DNA of 24,152 nt. Origin: a virus. Taxonomy: Duplodnaviria > Caudoviricetes. Shown one piece after another: positions 1 to 8,051 of the stretch. The translations under genes were made by a program, and so were the position numbers. Every line of letters starts with the position of its first letter. Position 1 is the stretch's first letter. Location: positions 1-24,152 of IMG/VR virus record IMGVR_UViG_3300046710_000032; one strand, 5' to 3'. Below the pieces are notes generated by a model. That model saw nothing but the letters and a program-made list of their open reading frames with translations, was not told the origin of the DNA and did no database searches.

Positions 1-8
1 GGTCCTGG

Positions 9-200
9 ATGCCCAACCCCATGACCGATGCCGAATACGACGCGCTCACCGAGAGGATGGTCGCTCACTGGCGAGCCCTGGGCCTGAAGTGGGAACAGGA
101 ACGGCTCGCACGCGACGGCCCGGACGTGCTCCTGAGAAGCACGGCCAAGCCGAAGCAGCGAAAACTGAAAGCGGAGGACTCTCGCCATGTCGAACCCTGA
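9..200 (+). CDS. Small hypothetical phage protein
   Basis: 63-aa ORF overlapping the next gene in the same co-oriented operon; no recognisable motif; the start could be 9 or 21. Confidence 0.5.
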   Translation: MPNPMTDAEYDALTERMVAHWRALGLKWEQERLARDGPDVLLRSTAKPKQRKLKAEDSRHVEP

Positions 201-600
201 CCGGCTGACGTCTTATGTGGCTCTCGTGCTGTCCGTGATTGCACTCGGAGCCTCTTGTTACGTAGCGAATCGAGCTGACACCCGCAATCTGCTCGTGACG
301 CGAGCAGCACCAACGATGCAGGGAAATCTAGGCTCGCTGATGATTCGTGGCCCGGGCATTCCTGATGGAACCTTCGCAGACTTCCAGCCACACCAAGAGG
401 CGCAAGGTCCATCGACGATCACGAACTGGAACACGGACAACGTCATCACTCTTCAGCAGGCGTGGCCTCGCTGTCAGATCGTGCTGTCGCCCGCTGGAAG
501 GGTGACGTTGACGGACTGCCAGGATGCGGACGACGCCGCCCGCACATTCTGGAAAGCCGTCGAGCAGAATTGGCCGTGCAAAGGGGAGGCGCGGCCATGA
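187..600 (+). CDS. Hypothetical protein with N-terminal transmembrane/signal anchor
   Basis: SD GGAGG upstream of ATG 187; hydrophobic stretch YVALVLSVIALGASCYVA; ATGA overlap with the next ORF. Confidence 0.7.
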   Translation: MSNPDRLTSYVALVLSVIALGASCYVANRADTRNLLVTRAAPTMQGNLGSLMIRGPGIPDGTFADFQPHQEAQGPSTITNWNTDNVITLQQAWPRCQIVLSPAGRVTLTDCQDADDAARTFWKAVEQNWPCKGEARP

Positions 601-794
601 TCACCGTGAAGCAACCTGACGGCACCACCCTTGCGAAAATTCCCCTCACGACCGGGAGAGCCTACAAGATGGTCTGCGGGACCTGTTCGTTCACCGTATC
701 GGCGCAAACAGGCAACGCCCTGGTCGAAGCGGCGGTTGATCATGAGAACTGGCAACATCGGATGACGGAAGAGGAGCGGCATGTCCAAGGGTAA
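597..794 (+). CDS. Small putative metal-binding protein (CxxC...HxxxxH, DUF1059-like)
   Basis: Start moved to ATG 597 (ATGA overlap, GGGGAGG SD); 65 aa containing CGTC...DHENWQH. Confidence 0.65.
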   Translation: MITVKQPDGTTLAKIPLTTGRAYKMVCGTCSFTVSAQTGNALVEAAVDHENWQHRMTEEERHVQG

Positions 795-1170
795 GCCGCT
801 CTCGGTCCGGATGCGTCGGTTCGTCGACGCCTACCTCGGGAGCTGCGCAGGCAACGGGACCCGGGCGGCGATTACTGCCGGCTACAGTCGACGCGGGGCG
901 GACGTGGCGGCCGTTCGGCTGTTAGGGAATGCTAGTGTCCGGAAGGCTATCAAGGAACGGCTCAAGCGGGACACCGACGACGCCATCGCCAGCGCGGACG
1001 AACGCGACCGCCTGCTCTCTGAAGCGATGCGCGCGCATGGTGAGGAGTGGCTCGTCCGGATTCGCGCGATTGCGGAGCTAAATAAGGTGACGGGGCGCCA
1101 CTCGACGACTTTGAACGTCAAGGGCACGCTCCGCCTCGAGGACGCTCTACAGCAGAGCCGGGACGCCTAA
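781..1170 (+). CDS. terS: Terminase small subunit
   Basis: Typical HTH N-terminus LSVRMRRFVDAYL...NGTRAAITAGYS...AAVRLLGNASV; SD GAGGAG; lies upstream of the terminase large subunit. Confidence 0.9.
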   Translation: MSKGKPLSVRMRRFVDAYLGSCAGNGTRAAITAGYSRRGADVAAVRLLGNASVRKAIKERLKRDTDDAIASADERDRLLSEAMRAHGEEWLVRIRAIAELNKVTGRHSTTLNVKGTLRLEDALQQSRDA

Positions 1171-1586
1171 TGAGCAACGTCAGGGGGCCAGATAAAAAGC
1201 CGCGCGAGCGACACGGACACGCCACGGGCGGATTCTCTCGCACTTATCGGACGTGGCTAGCAATGGTCGCTCGGTGTGAGAACCCCCAACGAGCCGGGTT
1301 CGACCGCTACGGAGGGCGCGGTATTTCTGTGTGCGCGGAGTGGCGGAGGTCATTCGCAACCTTCCTGATGGATATGGGCGAACGGCCAGACGGCCGCACT
1401 CTTGATCGATGGCCGAACAGGGACGGAGACTACACGCCGAGCAACTGTCGATGGGCCACCGTGCGAGAGCAGAACCAAGGGACCCAAACAATCCGACGTC
1501 CTTGTCCATCGTGCGGCCTGCCGCTCAACACGAAGGGATATCATCGGCCACGAAGGGGAGACTGCCGATGGAGACTGTCGGCATGA
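1170..1586 (+). CDS. HNH-type homing endonuclease with C-terminal CxxC
   Basis: Family motifs TYRTWLAMVARC, YGGRGISVCAEW, F..DMGERP, TLDR...DGDYTPSNCRWAT; TAATG and ATGA overlaps with terS and terL. Confidence 0.85.
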   Translation: MSNVRGPDKKPRERHGHATGGFSRTYRTWLAMVARCENPQRAGFDRYGGRGISVCAEWRRSFATFLMDMGERPDGRTLDRWPNRDGDYTPSNCRWATVREQNQGTQTIRRPCPSCGLPLNTKGYHRPRRGDCRWRLSA

Positions 1587-3097
1587 CGCCCATCGGCGAG
1601 ATACTGAAAAGCTGGCGCGAGGACCGCGGGATCCTCCGATTCGTCGATTCACAATTCGGCGTGCAGTTGGACTCGTGGCAAGAGCGGGCGCTCCTAGCGA
1701 TCGCATCACCAAAAGTTAAGGAGCGGCGCGTCGCACTCCAAGCCTGCACCGGGCCGGGTAAGTCGGCCGTCCTGGCGTGGGCTGGCTGGTGGTTCCTCGG
1801 CTGTCAAGGCGAGAAGTTTGAGCATCCTCAAGGCGCCGCGGTCGCGATCACGGGCGACAACCTGCGCGACAACTTGTGGAAGGAATACGCCAAGTGGCAT
1901 CAGCGATCAGCCTACCTCCGAACGGCGTTCACCTGGACGGGCGGCCGGATCTTCGCGAACGACCATCCGGAAACATGGTTCTTCTCGGCTCGCTCCTTCC
2001 CAAAGAAGTCGAACGCTGACGAGCAGGGCGCTACACTCTCGGGTCTGCACTCGAAATACGTGATGGCGCAGGTCGACGAGTCGGGCGCTATTCCAACCAC
2101 CATCCTCCGGGCAGCAGAGCAGGCGCTCTCTCGCTGTAGCTTCGGGAAGATCGTCCAGGCCGGCAACCCGATCAGCCTTGAAGGGATGCTCTACGCTGCG
2201 GCAAATGAATTACGGTCGCTCTGGATCATCATCCGCGTGACCGGGGACCCGGACGATCCTGAAGCTTGGGTGCATTCTCCGCGCGTGGGGCCGGAACCGC
2301 TCGCGTGGGCAAAGCAGCAGGTTGGAATGTATGGTCGGGAGAATCCGTGGGTGAAGAGCTACATCCTCGGGCAATTCCCGGCCGCTTCGCTCAACTCCCT
2401 CCTAGGCATCGAAGAGGTCGAGGCGGCGATGGGCAAGCATCTAACCGAAGACGTTTACGATTGGGCTCAGAAGCGGATAGGGGTAGACGTCGCGCGCTTC
2501 GGGGACGATCGAACGGTTCTGTTCCCGCGTCAGGGCATGGCGACGTGGCGGCCGATCGTTATGCGGAACGTCCGAACGACGAACATCGCAGCGCGCGTGG
2601 CGCAAGGACAGGATGCTTGGGCGAAGGACGGAGAGTTGCCGCTCGTCTTTGTCGACGACACGGGGCACTGGGGTCACGGCGTCATAGATAACCTACTCAC
2701 GGCGGGACGGCCGGCGTTCCCTGTCGTGTTCTCAGACCCGGCGCTGGACCCGCGGTATCGGAACCGCCGCGCGGAAATGTGGATGGTCATGGCGGAATGG
2801 GTGAAGAACGGCGGGGCGCTTCCGAATGTTCGGGAGCTGGTCGCAGAGCTGACGACGCCGACTTACACCTTCCTGAACGGAAAATTCATCCTCGAAGAGA
2901 AAGACCTGATCAAGAAACGGCTCGGCCGGTCGCCTGACCTGGCGGACGCGCTCGCGCTCACGTTCGCGATTCCGGATATGCCGAACCAGGTGATGTCTCG
3001 GCTGCAGAACGTGAACACCACACTGCACGAGCGGGACCCGTTCGCCAGCATCGGCAAGCTGGACTATGATCGCGACCCGTATCGGAGCGGACAGTAG
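1583..3097 (+). CDS. terL: Terminase large subunit
   Basis: Walker A ACTGPGKS, Walker B MAQVDES, motif III GNP, RNase H-like nuclease IGVDVARFGDD and SPDLADALAL. Start moved to ATG 1583 (ATGA overlap, GGAGA SD); 1568 is an alternative. Confidence 0.93.
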   Translation: MTPIGEILKSWREDRGILRFVDSQFGVQLDSWQERALLAIASPKVKERRVALQACTGPGKSAVLAWAGWWFLGCQGEKFEHPQGAAVAITGDNLRDNLWKEYAKWHQRSAYLRTAFTWTGGRIFANDHPETWFFSARSFPKKSNADEQGATLSGLHSKYVMAQVDESGAIPTTILRAAEQALSRCSFGKIVQAGNPISLEGMLYAAANELRSLWIIIRVTGDPDDPEAWVHSPRVGPEPLAWAKQQVGMYGRENPWVKSYILGQFPAASLNSLLGIEEVEAAMGKHLTEDVYDWAQKRIGVDVARFGDDRTVLFPRQGMATWRPIVMRNVRTTNIAARVAQGQDAWAKDGELPLVFVDDTGHWGHGVIDNLLTAGRPAFPVVFSDPALDPRYRNRRAEMWMVMAEWVKNGGALPNVRELVAELTTPTYTFLNGKFILEEKDLIKKRLGRSPDLADALALTFAIPDMPNQVMSRLQNVNTTLHERDPFASIGKLDYDRDPYRSGQ

Positions 3098-3107
3098 GAG
3101 GACCATC

Positions 3108-3278
3108 ATGCCACTGAAGGCAGGCAAGAGTCGCGCGACGATCTCAAGCAACATCCGAGAACTCTCGCACTCGCAGACGGCGGCAGGCAAGCGGCGGAAC
3201 GCCTCACCGACAGCGCACGAGCAGAATGTCGCCATCGCCCTCTCAAAGGCACACTATGCGCGCAAGGGCAAGCGGTGA
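3108..3278 (+). CDS. Conserved small basic phage protein (MPLKxGKS...AIALSKA type)
   Basis: AGGAGG SD at 3096-3101, ATG 3108; MPLKAGKSRATISSNIRE...QNVAIALSKA resembles a common small protein of phage head modules. Confidence 0.8.
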   Translation: MPLKAGKSRATISSNIRELSHSQTAAGKRRNASPTAHEQNVAIALSKAHYARKGKR

Positions 3279-3493
3279 GGCCGGTCAACATCATCCTGCA
3301 GGCGGCGCACAAAGCGAACCCACTGTTCCGGCTGCGTCCAGGTCTCCGGGTGAAGGGGAAGGACAGCGTCGTCTACCTGACCGTGGGCGAGGGTGGGCGG
3401 ACGCTCAAGCGACTCGTTCCCAAGATTAGGGGCAAGGCGGCACGGAAGGCGGACAAGCTCGCGCGCCGGCTGGCGAAAGAGGCAAAGAAGTGA
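3275..3493 (+). CDS. Small basic hypothetical protein
   Basis: GTGA overlaps at both ends; 72 aa, Lys/Arg-rich. Confidence 0.7.
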   Translation: MRPVNIILQAAHKANPLFRLRPGLRVKGKDSVVYLTVGEGGRTLKRLVPKIRGKAARKADKLARRLAKEAKK

Positions 3494-3717
3494 CGCGGGA
3501 ACTCTCTCAAGGGGACCTGCGGCGGCTCCTGAAGCTCCTCGAGCGAGCGGTTCGTGCAGTGGTGAGGATGGTACGGGTCTGCCGGCGGCCGGGATGTGGG
3601 CGGAGCTTTCTCGCCACTCATGGACGGCGTCGCTACTGTATGCTCGCGGACTGTCAACAGGAACGCATGAACGACCGATGCCGTGCGTATCGGAGGCGCC
3701 TCAGTGGTCATCCGTGA
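3490..3717 (+). CDS. Small Zn-finger protein (CGNR-like)
   Basis: CRRPGCGRSF...RRRYC...C...RAYRRR matches the spacing of CGNR-type zinc fingers; GTGA overlap with the upstream gene. Confidence 0.65.
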   Translation: MTRELSQGDLRRLLKLLERAVRAVVRMVRVCRRPGCGRSFLATHGRRRYCMLADCQQERMNDRCRAYRRRLSGHP

Positions 3718-4162
3718 AGCCACCCTCGACGACCTCCCTCGCCTGCTCGAGCTGGCGGAACGCTTCCACGCTTCCACGATCTACGCCTCCCTCGTCCCCT
3801 GGGCGCCGGCAGCGGTCGAGGCGCTCATGGTCGCCGTCATCGCACAACAGAACAGCATCATCGGCGTCGTCTTTGTGGCAGAACTCGACGGGCGTATCGA
3901 GGGGATGCTCGGCCTGGTCGCCCTCCCGCACCCGATGAGCGGGCAACTCTGCGCCGAAGAACTCGCCTGGTGGGTCGAACCTGAACATCGGAAGGGGACC
4001 ATCGGCCCGCGCCTCTTGGTGACAGGAATTGATTGGTGTAGACAAAAAATGGCAAGAGTGCTAAAACTTGTCGCACCCGCTGGCTCGACAGTGGGGACGT
4101 TCTACCGCCGGTGGGGTGCTGTCGAGGTCGAGACCGCCTATCTGATGGATCTGCCGCCGTGA
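3704..4162 (+). CDS. GNAT-family N-acetyltransferase
   Basis: IREATLDDLPRL, VFVAELDGRIEG, acetyl-CoA motif WWVEPEHRKGTIGPRL, TFYRRWG; start moved to GTG 3704 after GGAGG (3692-3696). Confidence 0.85.
   Translation: MVIREATLDDLPRLLELAERFHASTIYASLVPWAPAAVEALMVAVIAQQNSIIGVVFVAELDGRIEGMLGLVALPHPMSGQLCAEELAWWVEPEHRKGTIGPRLLVTGIDWCRQKMARVLKLVAPAGSTVGTFYRRWGAVEVETAYLMDLPP
4039..4068 (+). promoter_or_regulatory. Candidate sigma70-like promoter inside the GNAT gene, upstream of the portal genes
   Basis: AT-rich patch with TAGACA, a 17-nt spacer ending TGC, then TAAAAC (extended -10-like) in otherwise GC-rich coding DNA. Confidence 0.4.
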
Positions 4163-4175
4163 AAGGTGGGTGACA

Positions 4176-4442
4176 ATGGCATGGTTCGGATCGTCCACTC
4201 CTGCCTCGCCCTACACTCCCACGCCTCGAACTGCTCCCGCTCCTACCGTCACGGCTCCGACGCTTCCTGAAACCGTTGGGATGGCTCAGGCGGCCTATCT
4301 GCCGCTCGCCCTGCAGGCGGCGACACGCGCGAAGCGCAAGGCGGGGCAAGTCCCGACAACGGGACTGAAGCCGACGATCCTCGGGACGGCTGCCGGCAAG
4401 ACGTCGGCGACGCTCGTGCCGAAGACGCTCCTCGGAGGATAG
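4176..4442 (+). CDS. Small pre-portal virion assembly protein (T7 gp7.3-like position)
   Basis: Pro/Thr/Ala-rich, ends TILGT...KTLLGG as is typical of the gene just upstream of podovirus portals; start 4170 (GTG) or 4176 (ATG). Confidence 0.7.
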   Translation: MAWFGSSTPASPYTPTPRTAPAPTVTAPTLPETVGMAQAAYLPLALQAATRAKRKAGQVPTTGLKPTILGTAAGKTSATLVPKTLLGG

Positions 4443-4443
4443 G

Positions 4444-6183
4444 ATGCCGGAACTCGATCGCCGCAACCGCATCGAGAAGCTCCGGACGGCCATGTGGGGC
4501 GACCGCGCGAGCTTTGACGATCACTGGCGGGAACTCGGCGACTTCCTGCTCCCTCGACGCACGCGGTTCTGGCCGGGCGACCGCAACCGCGGGGACAAGC
4601 GCAACCAAAACATCATCGACAGCACCGGACGCTTTGCGGCGCGCACACTCGCGTCTGGACTCCACGCCGGCCTGACATCTCCAGCGCGCCCGTGGATGAA
4701 GCTGACGACGCCGGACCCTGAGCTGGCAGAGTTCGGCCCCGTGCGCGACTGGCTGCACGTCGTCACGCAACGGATGTTGTCGATCTTTCTCGAGTCGAAC
4801 CTCTACAACGCGCTCCCGATTGTCTACGGGGACCTCGGCGTCTTCGGCACCGGCGCGATGTCGATCCTCGACGACAGCCGGGATCTCTTCCGCGCCTACA
4901 CCTATCCGATCGGCAGCTACGTCATCGGTCTCGACTCTCGCGGTGTGGCGACGACGTTCATGCGCGAGTATGAGCTGACCGTCCGACAGGTCGTCGAGAC
5001 GTTCGGGCGCGTGAAGGGCTCGAAGGCTATCGACTGGACGGCGATCTCGCCCAACATCAAGAACCAGTGGGACCGCGGCGATTACGAGAATCCGATCTCG
5101 CTGATCTGGGCTGTGCTGCCAAACGATGAGCCGGACGCCCGGCGGTTCGAGGCGCGCTTCCTGCCGTGGCTGTCTGTCCACTTCGAACGCGGCCTCGAGG
5201 GGAAGATGGAGACGCCCTCGGGGTTCCTGCGCGAGAGCGGGTTCAAGACATTCCCGATCCTCGCGCCTCGGTGGGACGTGACGAGCCCGGAAGACTGCTA
5301 CGGGACGGACTGCCCTGGCATGACGGCGCTCGGGGACATCAAGCAACTCCAAATCATGCAGCGTCGCAAAGGGCAAGCGATCGAGAAGCAGGTCAATCCT
5401 CCGATGACCGGACCGTCGAGCCTGCGGACGCAGAAGACATCGATCCTCGCCGGCGACATCACCTTCGTCGACGTGCGCGAAGGGATGCAAGGGCTCCGGG
5501 CGGCGCATGAGATCCGGCTGGACCTCGGGGACCTCACGGCGGACACGCGCGAGACGCAATATCGGATTCAGCGGGCGTTCTACGAGGACCTCTTCCTGAT
5601 GCTCGCACAGCAGGACCAGAGTCGCGGGACCGTCGAACCGATGACGGCGCGCGAAGTGGACGAGCGGCACGAAGAGAAACTCCTCGCCCTGGGTCCAGTC
5701 CTCGAGCGCACGAACGACGAGCTGCTCGATCCTCTCGTCGATCGGGTCTACAACCTCATGGAAGCCGCCGGCATGGTGCCGGACCCTCCGGACGAACTGC
5801 AGGGGATGAAGCTGAAGGTTGAATACATCAGCATCCTCGCGCAAGCGCAGCGGCTCGTCGGCATCGTGGGACAGGACCGCTTCATGCAGTCGACGCTCCC
5901 GTTGATTCCCATCTTCCCGGAGGTACGCCGCAAGGTTGACATCATGCGGATCGTCGACAACTACGCGGAGATGACGGGCGTCGATCCTCGCTCTGTGCGG
6001 TCAACGGAAGACGCGGAGGCCCTTGTCGCGCAGGACGAGCAGGCACAGGCAGCCGCGCAGGCAGCCGAGAACGCGAAGAACCTCGGACAGGCGGCGCACG
6101 CCGCAGGCACCACACCCATGAACACCGGCAGCGCCCTCGACGCGATGATGCAGCCGGGCGCCGGACAAGGAGCCACTCCATGA
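4444..6183 (+). CDS. Portal / head-to-tail connector (Bbp21/T7 gp8-like)
   Basis: 579 aa; motifs LASGLHAGLTSPARPW, DLGVFGTG, YGTDCPGMTALGD, MTAREVDERHEEKLLALGPVLER, VEYISILAQAQR; GGAGG SD. Confidence 0.95.
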   Translation: MPELDRRNRIEKLRTAMWGDRASFDDHWRELGDFLLPRRTRFWPGDRNRGDKRNQNIIDSTGRFAARTLASGLHAGLTSPARPWMKLTTPDPELAEFGPVRDWLHVVTQRMLSIFLESNLYNALPIVYGDLGVFGTGAMSILDDSRDLFRAYTYPIGSYVIGLDSRGVATTFMREYELTVRQVVETFGRVKGSKAIDWTAISPNIKNQWDRGDYENPISLIWAVLPNDEPDARRFEARFLPWLSVHFERGLEGKMETPSGFLRESGFKTFPILAPRWDVTSPEDCYGTDCPGMTALGDIKQLQIMQRRKGQAIEKQVNPPMTGPSSLRTQKTSILAGDITFVDVREGMQGLRAAHEIRLDLGDLTADTRETQYRIQRAFYEDLFLMLAQQDQSRGTVEPMTAREVDERHEEKLLALGPVLERTNDELLDPLVDRVYNLMEAAGMVPDPPDELQGMKLKVEYISILAQAQRLVGIVGQDRFMQSTLPLIPIFPEVRRKVDIMRIVDNYAEMTGVDPRSVRSTEDAEALVAQDEQAQAAAQAAENAKNLGQAAHAAGTTPMNTGSALDAMMQPGAGQGATP

Positions 6184-6947
6184 ACATCACGGGCACGTTG
6201 AGCGCGCTCGGCGTCTCTCGGATCCTTCTGCTGAAACCAGGACAGACGGCGACGGTGTCGCTGATTGTCGCGTCTGAACAAACCTTCAACGGCAGTGTCG
6301 GCCTCGGCCAGTCTCGGGATGGGGCGACGTGGCAACCCGTCTATGACGTCAACGGCGTGCTGCTCGGCTACAGCGGCGCGTCCGTGGCGCTCACCGGGAC
6401 GGTCGTCAGCACGACGATCCGAAACGACAGCGACTTCCCGATCCGCTACGCCTGGAATTGCATCGTCGCCAGCACGGCGAACGCGATCGCCTACACCCTC
6501 AACGACGTGAACGGGGAGCGGGTCGACGCGGTCCTCTTCGATCGGGCCGGCCGTCCTCTCGCTTGGGCGCTCGACAATGGCGGGCTGTCGTTCAACGGCC
6601 CGGAGAGCCTGCGGTCGACTGAGACGCTGGTCACGGCTGCCGCGGCGCGTGCGGTCAGTCTGGACAGTTACGAGACGGTCCTGAAGACGGGCGGAACCGC
6701 GGGCGCGGAACTGGTGACGATCGGCGACGGCACCGGCGCCATTATCGGCCAGCGGAAACTCATCCGCGTGGGAACGCGGACGAACGGATCCGACGTGCCG
6801 ACACTCGACTACGCGAATATCGTCAACGCCTCCGGTGTCCAGACCACGGTCGTCTCGCTGGCCGCGGTTGGCACCTTCATCTTGCTCGCGTGGAACGGCG
6901 CGAAGTGGCAAGTCATCTACGGCAACGGCACGATCACGACCGCATAG
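6180..6947 (+). CDS. Putative beta-rich virion structural/decoration protein
   Basis: ATGA overlap with the portal; Thr/Gly/Val-rich; SRDGATW motif and C-terminal LLAWNGAKWQVI. Confidence 0.7.
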   Translation: MNITGTLSALGVSRILLLKPGQTATVSLIVASEQTFNGSVGLGQSRDGATWQPVYDVNGVLLGYSGASVALTGTVVSTTIRNDSDFPIRYAWNCIVASTANAIAYTLNDVNGERVDAVLFDRAGRPLAWALDNGGLSFNGPESLRSTETLVTAAAARAVSLDSYETVLKTGGTAGAELVTIGDGTGAIIGQRKLIRVGTRTNGSDVPTLDYANIVNASGVQTTVVSLAAVGTFILLAWNGAKWQVIYGNGTITTA

Positions 6948-6951
6948 GATC

Positions 6952-7329
6952 ATGGAACCACGCGCCTATCAGGGGAACGTCGCCGACGAGAAGCAGGTCC
7001 GGACCTCGGGCCGTCGGGAGAAGCGCGTCGAGGAAGAACGGCAAGGCTGGTATCGGACGGTCCTGTCGACCTACGAAGGCCGAGCGGCGCTGTGGGATCA
7101 GATTTGCCAAGCGGGCGTCTTCGAGTCGGTGTGGTCCCCATCGGCGCTCATTCACTACAACGCGGGGCGACAAGATCACGGGCACAAGCTGATGGCGCTG
7201 CTCGTCCAGGTGGACGAAGCGGGCTATCTCCTCATGGAGCGCGAGGCCCGGCAACGGGCTCGCCGAACAGATCGCGAAGTCGAGGCCACGCTGACAGCAT
7301 CCTCGACGGAGCCAAGGAGCGACCAATGA
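6952..7329 (+). CDS. Bbp19-like head module protein
   Basis: Start moved to ATG 6952; VLSTYEGRAALWDQICQAGVF...YNAGRQ pattern and position between portal and scaffold. Confidence 0.75.
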   Translation: MEPRAYQGNVADEKQVRTSGRREKRVEEERQGWYRTVLSTYEGRAALWDQICQAGVFESVWSPSALIHYNAGRQDHGHKLMALLVQVDEAGYLLMEREARQRARRTDREVEATLTASSTEPRSDQ

Positions 7330-8024
7330 AGACTCAGATCAGGTTCCCGCTACAGGACACCACCGAAGGCGGGAGCGGAGCGAAGGCGGCAGACGGCACG
7401 CAAGCCGGAGCGGCAGCGGCCGGGACAGTCGTCGGTGACGCGGCGGCAGCGGCAGCCACGAAGGCGGCCAGCGATGCAGCAGCCGCGGCAGCGGGCAAGG
7501 GGGCGGACGGGAAAGGCACAGCAGCGCCAGAAACCGGGGGCAAGGACGGCACGGCACAGCCGGCGCCGAAGGCCCCTGAGAAGTATGAGCTGAAGCTGCC
7601 GGACGGCGGTCGACTGAACGCAGCCGATCGTGATTACGTGGAACAGGTCGCGAGGAAGTCGAACTGGACGAACGAACAGGCTCAGGCGGCCCTGAACGAA
7701 CAGGACCGGCTCGTCCTCGAGCAAAGCACGCGGTTCCGTGCGACCACGGAAGCGGATCCGGACTACGGCGGCGTCAAGCTGCAGGAGACGCAGCAGCTCG
7801 CGCTGAAGGTCATCAATCGGATCCGGCCTGAAGGGCACGCGCGCCGGGCATCGTTCCTCGAGTTCATCAATCGCGGCGGAGCCGGCAACCATATCGAGGT
7901 CGTGTCATTCCTGGCGGACCTCGGCAGACTGATGGCGGAAGACGGCGTCGTCGGCGGAAAGGGCGGAGCGAGCGGGCCTGTGGATGCGGCCTCGAAGCTC
8001 TACCCTGACACCAAGGGCACGTAG
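7326..8024 (+). CDS. Capsid assembly scaffold protein
   Basis: ATG 7326 (ATGA overlap, AAGGAG SD); Ala/Gly-rich disordered N-terminus, APEKYELKLP, ADPDYGG, GNHIEVVSFL...G..MAED, AASKLYP; directly upstream of the capsid gene. Confidence 0.8.
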   Translation: MKTQIRFPLQDTTEGGSGAKAADGTQAGAAAAGTVVGDAAAAAATKAASDAAAAAAGKGADGKGTAAPETGGKDGTAQPAPKAPEKYELKLPDGGRLNAADRDYVEQVARKSNWTNEQAQAALNEQDRLVLEQSTRFRATTEADPDYGGVKLQETQQLALKVINRIRPEGHARRASFLEFINRGGAGNHIEVVSFLADLGRLMAEDGVVGGKGGASGPVDAASKLYPDTKGT

Positions 8025-8051
8025 TCGTCCGGCATCACAGGAGACTGAACA

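Noticed and set aside
915-955. AT-richer patch in terS as a pac site
   Set aside because: Plausible by analogy with pac sites inside terS genes, but no sequence feature supports it without read-terminus data.
1409-1582. N-terminal extension of terL in the ORF track
   Set aside because: It overlaps the HNH gene; the SD and ATGA coupling support a start at 1583 (or 1568).
4249-5844. Long minus-strand ORFs (also 5961-6953, 15573-16796, 17169-18242, 19067-20944)
   Set aside because: They are antisense shadows of GC-rich coding genes, with no motifs, lying opposite well-supported genes.
7400-7500. GCGGCAGC-type short repeats
   Set aside because: They encode the poly-Ala low-complexity region of the scaffold protein; not a CRISPR or regulatory repeat.
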